A DNA stretch of 64,000 nt, from assembly GCA_018829565.1 (NCBI GenBank), contig JAHJTW010000061.1, positions 119-64,118 of the forward strand, given 5' to 3'. The position numbers were made by a program, and so were the translations under genes. The notes under the pieces are model-generated. The model worked only from the letters and a program-made list of their open reading frames with translations, made no database searches and had not been told where the DNA came from. Of the stretch, positions 38,071 through 47,120 are shown piece after piece. The stretch comes from a bacterium. GTDB taxonomy: Bacteria > Krumholzibacteriota > Krumholzibacteriia > LZORAL124-64-63. Each line of letters begins with the position of its first letter. Position 1 is the stretch's first letter.

Positions 38071-38101
38071 ACGCGGGTCTCCTTCTGCTAGACTGGACGA
38101 C

Positions 38102-38587
38102 ATGGATGATGACCGGAAAAAGCCGCAGCCCAGTCTGCCCGATGAGGATGAACTGCGCAAGGGGCGCAAGTTCGACCTGAGCGAAGCCGTGGCCCGCGAT
38201 GCGGGCCAGGCCCTCAAGGGCGCCTCGCCCGTCGCCGCCCACGACCAGACCGTTTTCGCCGCACGCGAGCTGATCGAGGCCGGTCTTCACGATCCGGAGG
38301 GATCGTTGCAGCGCACGCTGGTCAGCCGTCTGGATACAGACAAGCCACTCGTCGCAGCCCACTTCAACGACGCCGCAGCTCTGCTGCGGCAATTCCTGGC
38401 CCGGATCCTCGGATCGGACGCCGCCCTCGCGGACCTCGTCCGGGATGTCGATGCCCGCTGGGGCCGCGAATACCAGGAACGCCCCCACTTCGAGACCGGT
38501 GGTTCGGAACCTCACCCCGACGATCCCTACACGCTGCAGGGCGTCAACGACGCCCTGCAGCATTTCCGGGAAGCACTCGACTCTTAA
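38102..38587 (+). CDS. hypothetical protein (161 aa)
   Basis: The in-frame C-terminal part of track ORF 37550..38587, starting MDDDRKKPQPSLPDEDELRKGRKF. The codon pattern is plausible and the upstream part of the ORF is antisense to the methyltransferase. No recognisable motif. Confidence 0.5.
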   Translation: MDDDRKKPQPSLPDEDELRKGRKFDLSEAVARDAGQALKGASPVAAHDQTVFAARELIEAGLHDPEGSLQRTLVSRLDTDKPLVAAHFNDAAALLRQFLARILGSDAALADLVRDVDARWGREYQERPHFETGGSEPHPDDPYTLQGVNDALQHFREALDS

Positions 38588-40353
38588 TCCACCCCGCGCA
38601 ACACCACCGGCAGCGTCTCCGGATCCAGCAGCTCCGCCAGCCGCACCGCCGCATCGTCATCCCCGCTGACCGCCACCGCGCCGCCGTCGAGTTGCAACAG
38701 GAAACCCTCCCGACCGCGGGACTCCCACACCGCCGGCATGGTGTACAGCCGCGGCTTGACCAGTTGCGGCGCCCCTTCCTCGGGACAGAAGGTCGTGCAG
38801 TTCCCGCAGTCGTTGCAGAGCTCGGCCAGGACGGCGTACTGCTCCCGCGCCTGCAGGCCCTCCACCCCGGCCGTCGGCACGCTCACGAAGGCGTTGTTGG
38901 GGCACACGGTCACGCAGTTGGTGCAGGCCACGCAGTCGAACATCTCCAGCACGTGATCGATCCGGCGCAGGGGCTTCTCCGATCCGGCCAGGGAATAGCG
39001 GGCGCAGCCCTCGGCTGCGGCCAGCCTGGCCGCGGCAGCTGCCACCGCGTCCCGATGGCCCGCAACGCGGGCCTCGGCATCCGCGTGCCGCCGCAGCGCG
39101 GCCAGATCCGCGAGTCCATTCTCCTTCATGAACCGCACGAGCTTCCGCAGCCCCTGGGCCATCCGCCCGTAACCGCCCGGCCGCAAGAGGTCGCTGCAGA
39201 TGGTCACCGGCCCGAGCCCCAGGGCGACGGCCTCCTGCAGGTTGTCCTTGTCGATGCCGGCGCTGAAGGCCACCGGCACCGGAGCCCCATCCTGCAGGCC
39301 CAGGCGCAGCACGCCCGGCAGGGCGTTGTGCAGCTTCTCCAGCAGGGTCATCGCCAGCACGTGCAAGGGGCGTCCGCTCAGGTACATGCGGTCGCCGGGC
39401 ATGATTCCGCGGCGGTTCTCCACCACCAGGGTGTTGGTCAGCTTGATCCCGAAGCGCCGGCCGCAGCCCTCTGCGAAGCCTCGCAGGCGATCGATCATCT
39501 CCAGGGCCCGGTCGAACTTCAGGTCTTCGGCGAATGCCTCGGGAGCCAGGACGATGTCGGTGTAGCCTAGCCGGTCATGCAGGATCTCCCGCACGACATC
39601 CATTCCCAGCAACGTCGGGTTCAGTTTCACCGTGACGTCCAGCCCGTGGGCCGACATCAGATGCTTGACGATGCCCTCGATCTGATCGGGTGGACAGCCG
39701 TGGAAGGTGCTCAGGGTCGCGGTGCGCACGATCGTCTCGGGCACCGGCAGGTCGCGCAGATGGGCGAACGGCCCGGAGATCTCCCGCCGCAAACCGTCGA
39801 TCATCACCCCGGGATTCCGCAATCCCGAGATGAAGTCCGTCATCGCCGTGGACTGCACTCCCGCGAGGTCGTAGCCCACCGAGAGCTCGAAGACGTGTTC
39901 CCCCGTCTCCCCCAGTTCCGCCCGCAAGGGCTCCCACCGCTTCAGCACCGCGAGCAGGACCCAGGATTTGACATACTCCTCCAGGCTGCGCCGCAGCTTC
40001 AGCTCCTGGCTCCACTCCACGTTGTAGCCCACGTTTTCCATGTCGATGCAGGGTCGCGGGATGTCCAGCTCGTCCAGGACCTGGACGGTCTTCAGCTCGA
40101 AGCTGCGTGCCCCGGCCAGCCACCCCAGCACGATGTTCTGCGCCAGCTGCGTGTGGGGCCCCGCCGCCGGTCCCACCGAGGTGGCGGCCCTCAGGTCGTC
40201 CAGGGTCCAGCCCAGGTCCACGTCCGGATCGGCACGGAAGAACCGCCGCCCGGTAAGGGAGAAGATCTCCCGACGGGCGCGCCACTCGTGGTCGATGCGC
40301 CCGAGCAGGCTCTCCAGGGGCCAGGGGTGCAGGGGAATGCCGCGGTCGCTCAT
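38584..40353 (-). CDS. YgfK-N-terminal-like oxidoreductase: DHOD/DPD-type TIM barrel plus 2x[4Fe-4S] ferredoxin tail
   Basis: VGPAAGPHTQLAQNIV..W..G.R..ELKTVQ, TLSTFHGCPP.QIE, KLNPTLLG, KLTNTL match the N-terminal half of E. coli YgfK as I remember it. The C-terminus has CVACTNCVTVCP and CNDCGNCTTFCP. ATG at 40353. Confidence 0.7.
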   Translation of the reverse strand: MSDRGIPLHPWPLESLLGRIDHEWRARREIFSLTGRRFFRADPDVDLGWTLDDLRAATSVGPAAGPHTQLAQNIVLGWLAGARSFELKTVQVLDELDIPRPCIDMENVGYNVEWSQELKLRRSLEEYVKSWVLLAVLKRWEPLRAELGETGEHVFELSVGYDLAGVQSTAMTDFISGLRNPGVMIDGLRREISGPFAHLRDLPVPETIVRTATLSTFHGCPPDQIEGIVKHLMSAHGLDVTVKLNPTLLGMDVVREILHDRLGYTDIVLAPEAFAEDLKFDRALEMIDRLRGFAEGCGRRFGIKLTNTLVVENRRGIMPGDRMYLSGRPLHVLAMTLLEKLHNALPGVLRLGLQDGAPVPVAFSAGIDKDNLQEAVALGLGPVTICSDLLRPGGYGRMAQGLRKLVRFMKENGLADLAALRRHADAEARVAGHRDAVAAAAARLAAAEGCARYSLAGSEKPLRRIDHVLEMFDCVACTNCVTVCPNNAFVSVPTAGVEGLQAREQYAVLAELCNDCGNCTTFCPEEGAPQLVKPRLYTMPAVWESRGREGFLLQLDGGAVAVSGDDDAAVRLAELLDPETLPVVLRGVD

Positions 40354-40549
40354 GTATGCACGTCTCCGGTAGGGGCCGGCTCGCCGGCCGGATTGCTTCG
40401 CATCCATCCCACCGATTGTAACCGTTGCCCCGGGCCCAGGCCAGATGAAAGCCCCCGCGTGAAGCGTGGGCGAACCTGCACCGGGTCGGCATCATGCTCC
40501 GTCACCCAAAACGGACTGACCATCACCCGGCGTTTCTGACCGGGCCGGG

Positions 40550-41224
40550 TCAGGGAACGGCCCTCTCCATCCTCAGGGCCAGGTCGACCAGATCATCGAG
40601 GGCCCTGGCCCCCCCCGTCGAACCGGCCAGCACCGCCGCCTGACCCGGCGCCAGGCTCACGACCGCCGGCGTCGCCGTCGCCCGGGATTCGTACTCGGCC
40701 AGCGCGGCCAGCACCTCCGGCGTCGCCGTCGCCCGCGCTCCGTCCGGATCCAGGGATTGCAGCTGATACCTGTCCGCGTAGGGTGAGTCCACGAGTTCCA
40801 CGCGATCGCTGATCATGAATTCCAGGAAGCCGCGACCGATGATGTCCAGCTGCGCCTTGACCTCGGTGAACCGGTCGGATTCGATCAGGCAGACCACCCC
40901 GTTCGAGTAGGGACGGCCCGCCGCCTCCTCCCGGAACTTGTACCTGACGTCGCACAGGTAGATGGACCTCGCTCCTTGCTCCACGATCCGGACGTTGTAC
41001 AGGTCGTAGTTCCTCAGTCCCCACAGGGCGGGGGCGAATCGCGCCTCGAGGCCGAGCTCGTCCTGGGCTGCGAATCCCCAGCCGCGGGCTCGGGCGATCG
41101 CCTCGGCGGCCGCCTCCTGGCGGCGGGACATCCAGGCCGAAAGGGAAAACGTCACCACCACGAAGGCGATCACGCCCAGGACGATGAGCAGGATCTTGAT
41201 CTTCGCCCATTCCGGCCCGCTCAC
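40550..41224 (-). CDS. membrane-anchored hypothetical protein, paralog of 21942-22607
   Basis: GTG at 41224 overlaps the upstream stop (GTGA). N-terminal TM KILLIVLGVIAFVVVTF, then ARARGWGF, NGVVCLIESD, DSPYADRYQLQSLD, colinear with the LemA-linked protein. Confidence 0.6.
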   Translation of the reverse strand: MSGPEWAKIKILLIVLGVIAFVVVTFSLSAWMSRRQEAAAEAIARARGWGFAAQDELGLEARFAPALWGLRNYDLYNVRIVEQGARSIYLCDVRYKFREEAAGRPYSNGVVCLIESDRFTEVKAQLDIIGRGFLEFMISDRVELVDSPYADRYQLQSLDPDGARATATPEVLAALAEYESRATATPAVVSLAPGQAAVLAGSTGGARALDDLVDLALRMERAVP

Positions 41225-41766
41225 GCGCCCGCCCCCATGGACAGCCGCAGGAAGAAGTTCACGATCGCCCCGATGGCCAGGATCGCCCCAAGCACGATCC
41301 CCAGCACGGCCTTCACCGTCTGCAACTGGTGGGGCCGCATGAAGATCAGATGGTGATTCTCGTCGCCCGGGCGGGCCTCGCCGAGGCCGCCGGTCACCAG
41401 GGTGTAATCTCCCGCGTGAGGAACATCGAAGGTCCGGTCCGAGATCCGCACGAGGGACGTCCCCGCGCTGCGGTTGCGCATGAGGACCGGACTCCCTTTC
41501 ATCATCGTCCCGTCGCTGCCGTGCAACTCGAAGGTCAGATCCTTGAAACGGGAGGTCAGCTGCGGACCCTCGAGCCACAGGACGACCTTGCCTGCCTCCG
41601 GGATTGCGAGGCGCTGCTCGGCGACCAGGGGCAGCCGGCCGATCCGGTTGCGCTCTCCCAGCTTCGAGGCCGTCGCGATGAAGGTCCAGAGCAGGAAGAT
41701 CCCCAGGGCCAACAGAGGCCAGGACAACCACAGACCGTTCCGGTAGATGGACATCAGGACGGGCAT
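41221..41766 (-). CDS. hypothetical membrane protein (TM at both ends)
   Basis: 181 aa: LWLSWPLLALGIFLLWTFIA ... beta-rich middle ... AVLGIVLGAILAIGAIVNFF. Coupled to the downstream gene. Confidence 0.55.
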   Translation of the reverse strand: MPVLMSIYRNGLWLSWPLLALGIFLLWTFIATASKLGERNRIGRLPLVAEQRLAIPEAGKVVLWLEGPQLTSRFKDLTFELHGSDGTMMKGSPVLMRNRSAGTSLVRISDRTFDVPHAGDYTLVTGGLGEARPGDENHHLIFMRPHQLQTVKAVLGIVLGAILAIGAIVNFFLRLSMGAGA

Positions 41767-41796
41767 GCGCGACCTCCGGGTCAGGGCGACCAGGAC

Positions 41797-42096
41797 TCAA
41801 TCCAGGGCGTCGTTGAAGTAGGATCGATGGGCGGGACAGCGGCACCTCTTGTCCCAGGGCCGCTCGCAACCTCGGATGATGCCGACCTGGGCGTCCCCCA
41901 CGGACCGCGAGAGCGGGCCCGAAGTCTTCATGGTCTCAATGCCCGTGAAGTCGTCCCACCACGTGGCCAAAGTGAAGACATCGCAGACCGGACATAGGAA
42001 ATAGGAGTCGGTGACCTCGTCGCCCATGATGCTGCCGGACATGGAGGCGATCCGGTCCTCGTCGGCGAAGGTGCGGTTGCACTGGAGGCACTGCAT
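41797..42096 (-). CDS. small Cys-rich (zinc-ribbon-like) hypothetical protein
   Basis: MQCLQCNRTF...FLCPVCDV...GCERPWDKRCRCPAH. The ATG at 42096 has GGGAG upstream; an alternative GTG lies at 42141. Confidence 0.5.
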   Translation of the reverse strand: MQCLQCNRTFADEDRIASMSGSIMGDEVTDSYFLCPVCDVFTLATWWDDFTGIETMKTSGPLSRSVGDAQVGIIRGCERPWDKRCRCPAHRSYFNDALD

Positions 42097-42238
42097 GAGG
42101 AGCGGCTCCCGGTCCAGGGTGGAACGCCGGGAATCTATCACGCCGCACGGGGTTCAAACAATATTGCCTTTTCATTTCTCGGCGGATCCTGCCGATTGCG
42201 GTTATCATTGCCCCGGAGCCCCCAACCCAGGAGCCGAG

Positions 42239-42580
42239 ATGTCACCCCGCAATCCCCGCAACAAGAAGATCGGCCGCCCCCGTCCCGAGCGCATCCCCAC
42301 GCAGGAGGAGATCGCCCGGAAGGTGAAGAGCCTCAAGCATCTTTCCAAGCCAGGCTTCAACTACCGGGAGCGCTCCCTCGAACTGCACGGGATGATCTGC
42401 GCCAAGTGCGGGCGCGAATTCACGCAGAAGGACAAGCATCTGCTGACCGTCCACCACATCGACGGAAACGATGCGAACAACCCCACCGACGGCTCCAACT
42501 GGGAGAACCTGTGCGTCTACTGCCACGAGGCGGAGCACAGCCGCGGCATGCTGGGGGACTACCTGACCGGCCGGGATTGA
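42239..42580 (+). CDS. yajD: YajD-like HNH nuclease
   Basis: RBS CAGGAG. CAKCGREF...LTVHHIDGNDANNPTDGSNWENLCVYCHEAEHS parallels E. coli YajD (LTVHHIDHDHTNNPEDGSNWELLCLYCHDHEHS). Confidence 0.85.
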   Translation: MSPRNPRNKKIGRPRPERIPTQEEIARKVKSLKHLSKPGFNYRERSLELHGMICAKCGREFTQKDKHLLTVHHIDGNDANNPTDGSNWENLCVYCHEAEHSRGMLGDYLTGRD

Positions 42581-42652
42581 GGCGCCACCATTTTCTTTGA
42601 CCTGGCCTCCCCCAGGGGTTTTGATTCTCCCACTTCAACCGGGAGGCTGCCC

Positions 42653-44581
42653 ATGTCCACGATCCGATCCACCTTCGCCCTGATCCTGATGCTCCTGATC
42701 CTGCCCTCGGCCGCCATGGCGTCCGACCTTCCCGCCTACACGCCCGACGCCAACGCCCCTCGCAGCGCCGTGCCCGAGGTGTACAAGTGGGACCTCACGG
42801 CCCTTTTCGCCACGCCGGAGGCGTGGCGCGAGGAGGTGGCCGCCCTGCAGGAACGGGTGCCCGCACTGCAGGCCTATCAAGGCAAACTCGCTGATCCCTC
42901 CGCCCTCAAAAACTGTCTCGACCTCTACTTCGCCCTGCACGACCGCGCCAGCTGGATCACCCAGTACGCCAACCTGGCCCTCGATTCGGAACTGACGGAC
43001 GAGGCCCTTCAGGCCCGCAGCCAGCAGGGACTGGCCGTCATGGACGAGCTCATGGCCGCCGCCGGGTTCATCAGGAGCGAGATCCTGGCTCTGGACGAGC
43101 GGACGCTCCAGGTGGCCTATGACGACCCTGCCGGCCCCGGCGAGTACCGCAAGTACATCGACAACCTGCGCCGGCGCGCCTCACGCATCCTGGGCGATGA
43201 AGCCGAGCGCGTCCTGCAGCTGGCCGGCGACAACCTGTGGGCCGAGATCGACCTCAACGAGATCCCCAGCCCGCTGGAGGATGCCTTCGGCGCCGTCCTG
43301 TCGGACATCACCTGGCCGGTGATCCACGACACCGAGGGCAACGAGGTGCAGCTGACCCTGTCCAACCTGGGCCGCTTCCGGGCCTCGCCGGACCGCGCCG
43401 TGCGCGCCGAGACGATGGCCGCCTTCTTCGCCACCCTGCGGCAGTTCCAGCACGCCCTGGCCGCCACCCTGGCCGGCCAGTTCAAGCTGGACGTGCTTTT
43501 CGCCCGGGCCCGCGGCTACGACACCGCGCTGGAAGCCTACCTGGACAAGGACAACATCCCGGTCAACGTCCACGACAACCTCATCGCCGCCGTGAACGCC
43601 AACCTGGAGCCCCTGCACCGGTACGTGGAACTGCGGCGGCAGGTCATGGGCCTGGACACCGTGCACGTCTACGACCTGTACGTCCCCCTGGTGGCCGCCG
43701 CGGAGATGGACGTGCCCTACCCCCGGGCCATGGAGATCCTGCCCGAAGCCCTGGCCCCCCTGGGCCCGAAGTACGTCGAGCGGCTGCGCCACGGGCTGGA
43801 CCCACGCAACGGCTGGATCGACGTCTATCCCAGCGATGACAAGGACAGCGGGGCGTTTTCGGCCAGCGTGTACGGCGCCCACCCCTACGTGAAGATGAAC
43901 TACCAGGACAGCCTCGACGACCTGTCCACCCTGGCCCACGAGTACGGCCACGCCCTGCACAGCGACCTGGCCATGAGCCGCCAGCCGTACCAGGACCACC
44001 GGTACGTCCCGTTCCTGGCGGAGATCGCCTCGACCTGCAACGAGATGCTGCTGTCGGATTACCTGGTGCAAACGTCCGAGTCGAAGGAGCAGAAGGCGGG
44101 CATCCTGGCCGCGGAACTGGAGAGCATCCGCACCACCATCTACCGGCAGACCCTGTTCTCGGAGTTCGAGCGGAAGGTTCACGGCTTCGTGGAATCGGGG
44201 ACGCCCATCACCGCCACCCTGCTGGACGAGACCTACGCCGGGCTGGTCCGCACCTACTACGGCCCCGGGTTCACGGTGGACGCGAACGACGGCATGGAAT
44301 GGGCCTACATCCCCCACTTCTACTACAAGTACTACGTGTACGCCTACGCGACGGGGCTCAGCAGCGGCATGGCCATCGCCGAGCGGGTGAAGGAGCTGGG
44401 ACAACCCGCCGTCGACGGGTACCTGGCCATGCTGGAAGGGGGATGCAGCGAACCGCCGCTGGATCTGCTGAAGCTCGCGGGCGTGGATCTGACGAGGCCG
44501 ACGGCCATCGAGGCCGCGCTGAAACGGTTCGACCGGACCGTCACGGAGCTGGCCGGAGTGCTCGGAGTGGACGTCCCCTAG
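42653..44581 (+). CDS. pepF: oligoendopeptidase F (M3B), secreted
   Basis: Signal peptide. HEYGHALH zinc motif. M3B-typical length of 642 aa. Confidence 0.85.
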   Translation: MSTIRSTFALILMLLILPSAAMASDLPAYTPDANAPRSAVPEVYKWDLTALFATPEAWREEVAALQERVPALQAYQGKLADPSALKNCLDLYFALHDRASWITQYANLALDSELTDEALQARSQQGLAVMDELMAAAGFIRSEILALDERTLQVAYDDPAGPGEYRKYIDNLRRRASRILGDEAERVLQLAGDNLWAEIDLNEIPSPLEDAFGAVLSDITWPVIHDTEGNEVQLTLSNLGRFRASPDRAVRAETMAAFFATLRQFQHALAATLAGQFKLDVLFARARGYDTALEAYLDKDNIPVNVHDNLIAAVNANLEPLHRYVELRRQVMGLDTVHVYDLYVPLVAAAEMDVPYPRAMEILPEALAPLGPKYVERLRHGLDPRNGWIDVYPSDDKDSGAFSASVYGAHPYVKMNYQDSLDDLSTLAHEYGHALHSDLAMSRQPYQDHRYVPFLAEIASTCNEMLLSDYLVQTSESKEQKAGILAAELESIRTTIYRQTLFSEFERKVHGFVESGTPITATLLDETYAGLVRTYYGPGFTVDANDGMEWAYIPHFYYKYYVYAYATGLSSGMAIAERVKELGQPAVDGYLAMLEGGCSEPPLDLLKLAGVDLTRPTAIEAALKRFDRTVTELAGVLGVDVP

Positions 44582-45015
44582 CCCTCGCCCCACTGTCGCC
44601 GCACCTGTTCCCTGATCGATCCCTGCTGGGCGTCGGTCAGGGGACAGGTGGGCGAGTTCGCCGTCGTCGTGTCACGATTCTCGATCACCAGCACCGAGCC
44701 CTCGGCGTCCAGCGTGTGGGTGTGCCAGACGCCCCGCTTCACGTTGTAGAGCTTCAAGGGTTCGAGATCCACCGCGTGGACGGCCCCGGCATCCTCGCGC
44801 CCGCTGCCGTCCCCGACGAACAGGATGCAACGGCCGCCCAGCAGGACGAAGACCTCGTCGGTCTCGTCATGCCTCTGCATGGTCGTCAGGTTCTCGGGCA
44901 ACAGGTCCGGGATGAAGTTGAGGACCGCCACCCGCCAGGCCTGGAAATCCACCAGGGGCCGGTACCCGGGGCCGTCGTACGAAGTGATTTCGATCAGGGC
45001 GGGGTCGATGGGCAT
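44578..45015 (-). CDS. cupin-fold protein
   Basis: MPIDPALIEI...MQRHDETDEVFVLLGGRCILFVG...GVWHTHTL is a cupin His/Glu pattern. Only the last 145 codons of track ORF 44578..45345 are used. Confidence 0.6.
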   Translation of the reverse strand: MPIDPALIEITSYDGPGYRPLVDFQAWRVAVLNFIPDLLPENLTTMQRHDETDEVFVLLGGRCILFVGDGSGREDAGAVHAVDLEPLKLYNVKRGVWHTHTLDAEGSVLVIENRDTTTANSPTCPLTDAQQGSIREQVRRQWGEG

Positions 45016-45100
45016 GGGGCGACGATCCTTCCGGTTGGGACAACGCCTGCGAAGGTAACACCCCGATCCCTCGTTGTCCGGCGGGAAAATGGCCGTCCCC

Positions 45101-45985
45101 TCAGCGCAGCTTGAGCCTGCGCCCCACCTTGAGGGCGGTCTTGACGGGCTTGCGGTTGGCGATCCTCTGCAGGGAATGGAGGATCCCCCCGAGCCGCCGC
45201 GTCCGCTCCAGGTCGGCCTGGAAATCTTCCCCCTCCGCTCCAATCCGGCGCTCCAGGCGCTCACCAACGAAGGCGACCAGCTGAAGGTCGAGATGGTTGA
45301 GCTGCCGGATGCGCTCGGCCAGGCCGCCGGGCAAGCCCGGGCCATCCTGCCGGGGCCGGGAAAAGTCGACGTTCCTGCGGGGATAGGCGACCCTGCCCCA
45401 GCCCAGCGCGCGTTTCATCAGGACCACCGACTCGTCGAATCGCTCCTGAAGGCCCGCCACCAGAAAGTGGTCCTCGAGGTTGGCCTGGGCCCGCCGCAGG
45501 GCTTCATCGGGCAGGGGTTCGGGGTAGGGAGACAGCGGATGCTGGAAGTCCACCCAGCCGGAGATCAGCCGGGTCTGGAAGTTGAGGGCGTTCCGTTCCT
45601 GCTGGAAGTCCAGGAACGCCTCCAGGGACTTCAATCTCCCGGCGGGAATGCCCATCTCCTCGGCCCGCTCGGGCCTCCGCACGAGGTTGTGGTACTTGGA
45701 CACCGTCCGCTGGACCGGATCCCGCAGGATGGTGATGTAATCGCATTCCCGCCCGATGAACCGGTCCAGTCCGTAGGGCATGTGCCCCCGGAAACAGAGG
45801 GCGCCGTCGGTCCGGTCGGGGGTCAGGGAGGCCAGGACCTCGGGGGCGTCGGGGCGGTGCAGGTCGCAGATGACCGTCCGGGACCGGGGATACTCCCTCG
45901 CGAGGATGGCATGCAGGGTCGAACCTGCCGCCTTGGGGATGTGCACGAAGACCACCGGCCTGGTCTGCTGTCGCCTGTCCGTCAC
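45101..45985 (-). CDS. sulfotransferase family protein
   Basis: VVFVHIPKAAGSTLHAIL is the PAPS 5-prime-phosphosulfate binding loop of family-2 type sulfotransferases, followed by ITILRDPVQRTVSKY. Confidence 0.7.
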   Translation of the reverse strand: MTDRRQQTRPVVFVHIPKAAGSTLHAILAREYPRSRTVICDLHRPDAPEVLASLTPDRTDGALCFRGHMPYGLDRFIGRECDYITILRDPVQRTVSKYHNLVRRPERAEEMGIPAGRLKSLEAFLDFQQERNALNFQTRLISGWVDFQHPLSPYPEPLPDEALRRAQANLEDHFLVAGLQERFDESVVLMKRALGWGRVAYPRRNVDFSRPRQDGPGLPGGLAERIRQLNHLDLQLVAFVGERLERRIGAEGEDFQADLERTRRLGGILHSLQRIANRKPVKTALKVGRRLKLR

Positions 45986-45998
45986 GCCCTCCGCCCCT

Positions 45999-47120
45999 TC
46001 AGTAGTTGTAGTCCAGGTCGGTGTCGGCCCGGGTCATCAGCAACCTCGTCGAATGTTCGAAGTGCTCCTGCAACGGCGCGTGTTCGGGTCTGCAGCCGCA
46101 ATGCCCGGTGATCCAGGCCCTGGCCGAGGTGAACAGGTAGCCGTTGTTCCGCAACATCCGGCGGAATCCCCGGTGATTGGAGATGGTGCAGGTGGCCTCG
46201 GCCACACCCCGGCTCCTGAACCAGGAGTCGGCCGCCTCCAGCAACCGGTTGGAAAGGGCCCTGTCATCCTGGGACGCCATCAGATCCACGACGAACCCGC
46301 GGCGGAGCGGACCCGCATCCTCCTCCCGCACGATCACGTATCCCGCCAGGCGTCCGGACCGGCGGGCGGCCAGGGTCGTGTATCTGCGGTTGGGACAGTC
46401 CCGGAAACGCCAGTTCAGGAAGGCCCGGTCCCGGACGGCCACCATGGCGAAGGTGGGTGCGATCTCCTCCCAGAGATCGTCGAACTCCGGGCCGAAGTCG
46501 CCGACCTCCTCGATGGTCGCCGACCGGTCCACCGGCCCCCGCAGGACCAGACGCACCAGGCCGGAGGCCAGGGAAATCGGTGCGGTGCCCAGGACGGCCA
46601 GGACGGGATTCATCCCCTGGGCGCGCAGGAACCGCAGGGGGCGCAGCATCCGCTTGCAACTGACCAACCTGGTGATCTCGAAGGCCCCGAACTTGATGGG
46701 CAGCCTGGCGAGATCGTACGAGCTGGCGGTGCCTGCGATGAGCTTCTCGGACCCTGAGGCGATTTCCAGGAAGAAACGGTACCCCTGGGGGCGGTGTTCC
46801 TTCAGGAGGGCCAGCTCCGAACCCCAGGCGATGGGGAAGATCCGGTCGTCCACCTTCATCCAGGTGGAGAGCAGGCCCAGGAATCCCACCGGTTCGCCGT
46901 CGCAGGTCATGACCATGGAGTTGTGGCCGCCCGGCAGGTGGTGGGGATTCCGGTCGTACTTCCAGGACCAGGTGCGGGCCATGTCCGCGCGGAAGTCCCC
47001 GCCCCAGATCTCGCCCAGGATGTCCAGGAGCTTCTCGCGATCCTCGGGGAGGAAGCGCCGCATCGCATAGACGCCCGGGGCCGCGGTTTCATTCCGCACC
47101 GGACGGACCTCGCCCAGCAT
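45999..47120 (-). CDS. tandem GNAT-fold acyltransferase
   Basis: Two GNAT-like halves (…EPVGFLGLLSTW…HRPQGYRF… and …GYVIVREED…FVVDLMAS…WFRSRGVAEA…). The start overlaps the FAAL stop (TGATG). Confidence 0.6.
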   Translation of the reverse strand: MLGEVRPVRNETAAPGVYAMRRFLPEDREKLLDILGEIWGGDFRADMARTWSWKYDRNPHHLPGGHNSMVMTCDGEPVGFLGLLSTWMKVDDRIFPIAWGSELALLKEHRPQGYRFFLEIASGSEKLIAGTASSYDLARLPIKFGAFEITRLVSCKRMLRPLRFLRAQGMNPVLAVLGTAPISLASGLVRLVLRGPVDRSATIEEVGDFGPEFDDLWEEIAPTFAMVAVRDRAFLNWRFRDCPNRRYTTLAARRSGRLAGYVIVREEDAGPLRRGFVVDLMASQDDRALSNRLLEAADSWFRSRGVAEATCTISNHRGFRRMLRNNGYLFTSARAWITGHCGCRPEHAPLQEHFEHSTRLLMTRADTDLDYNY

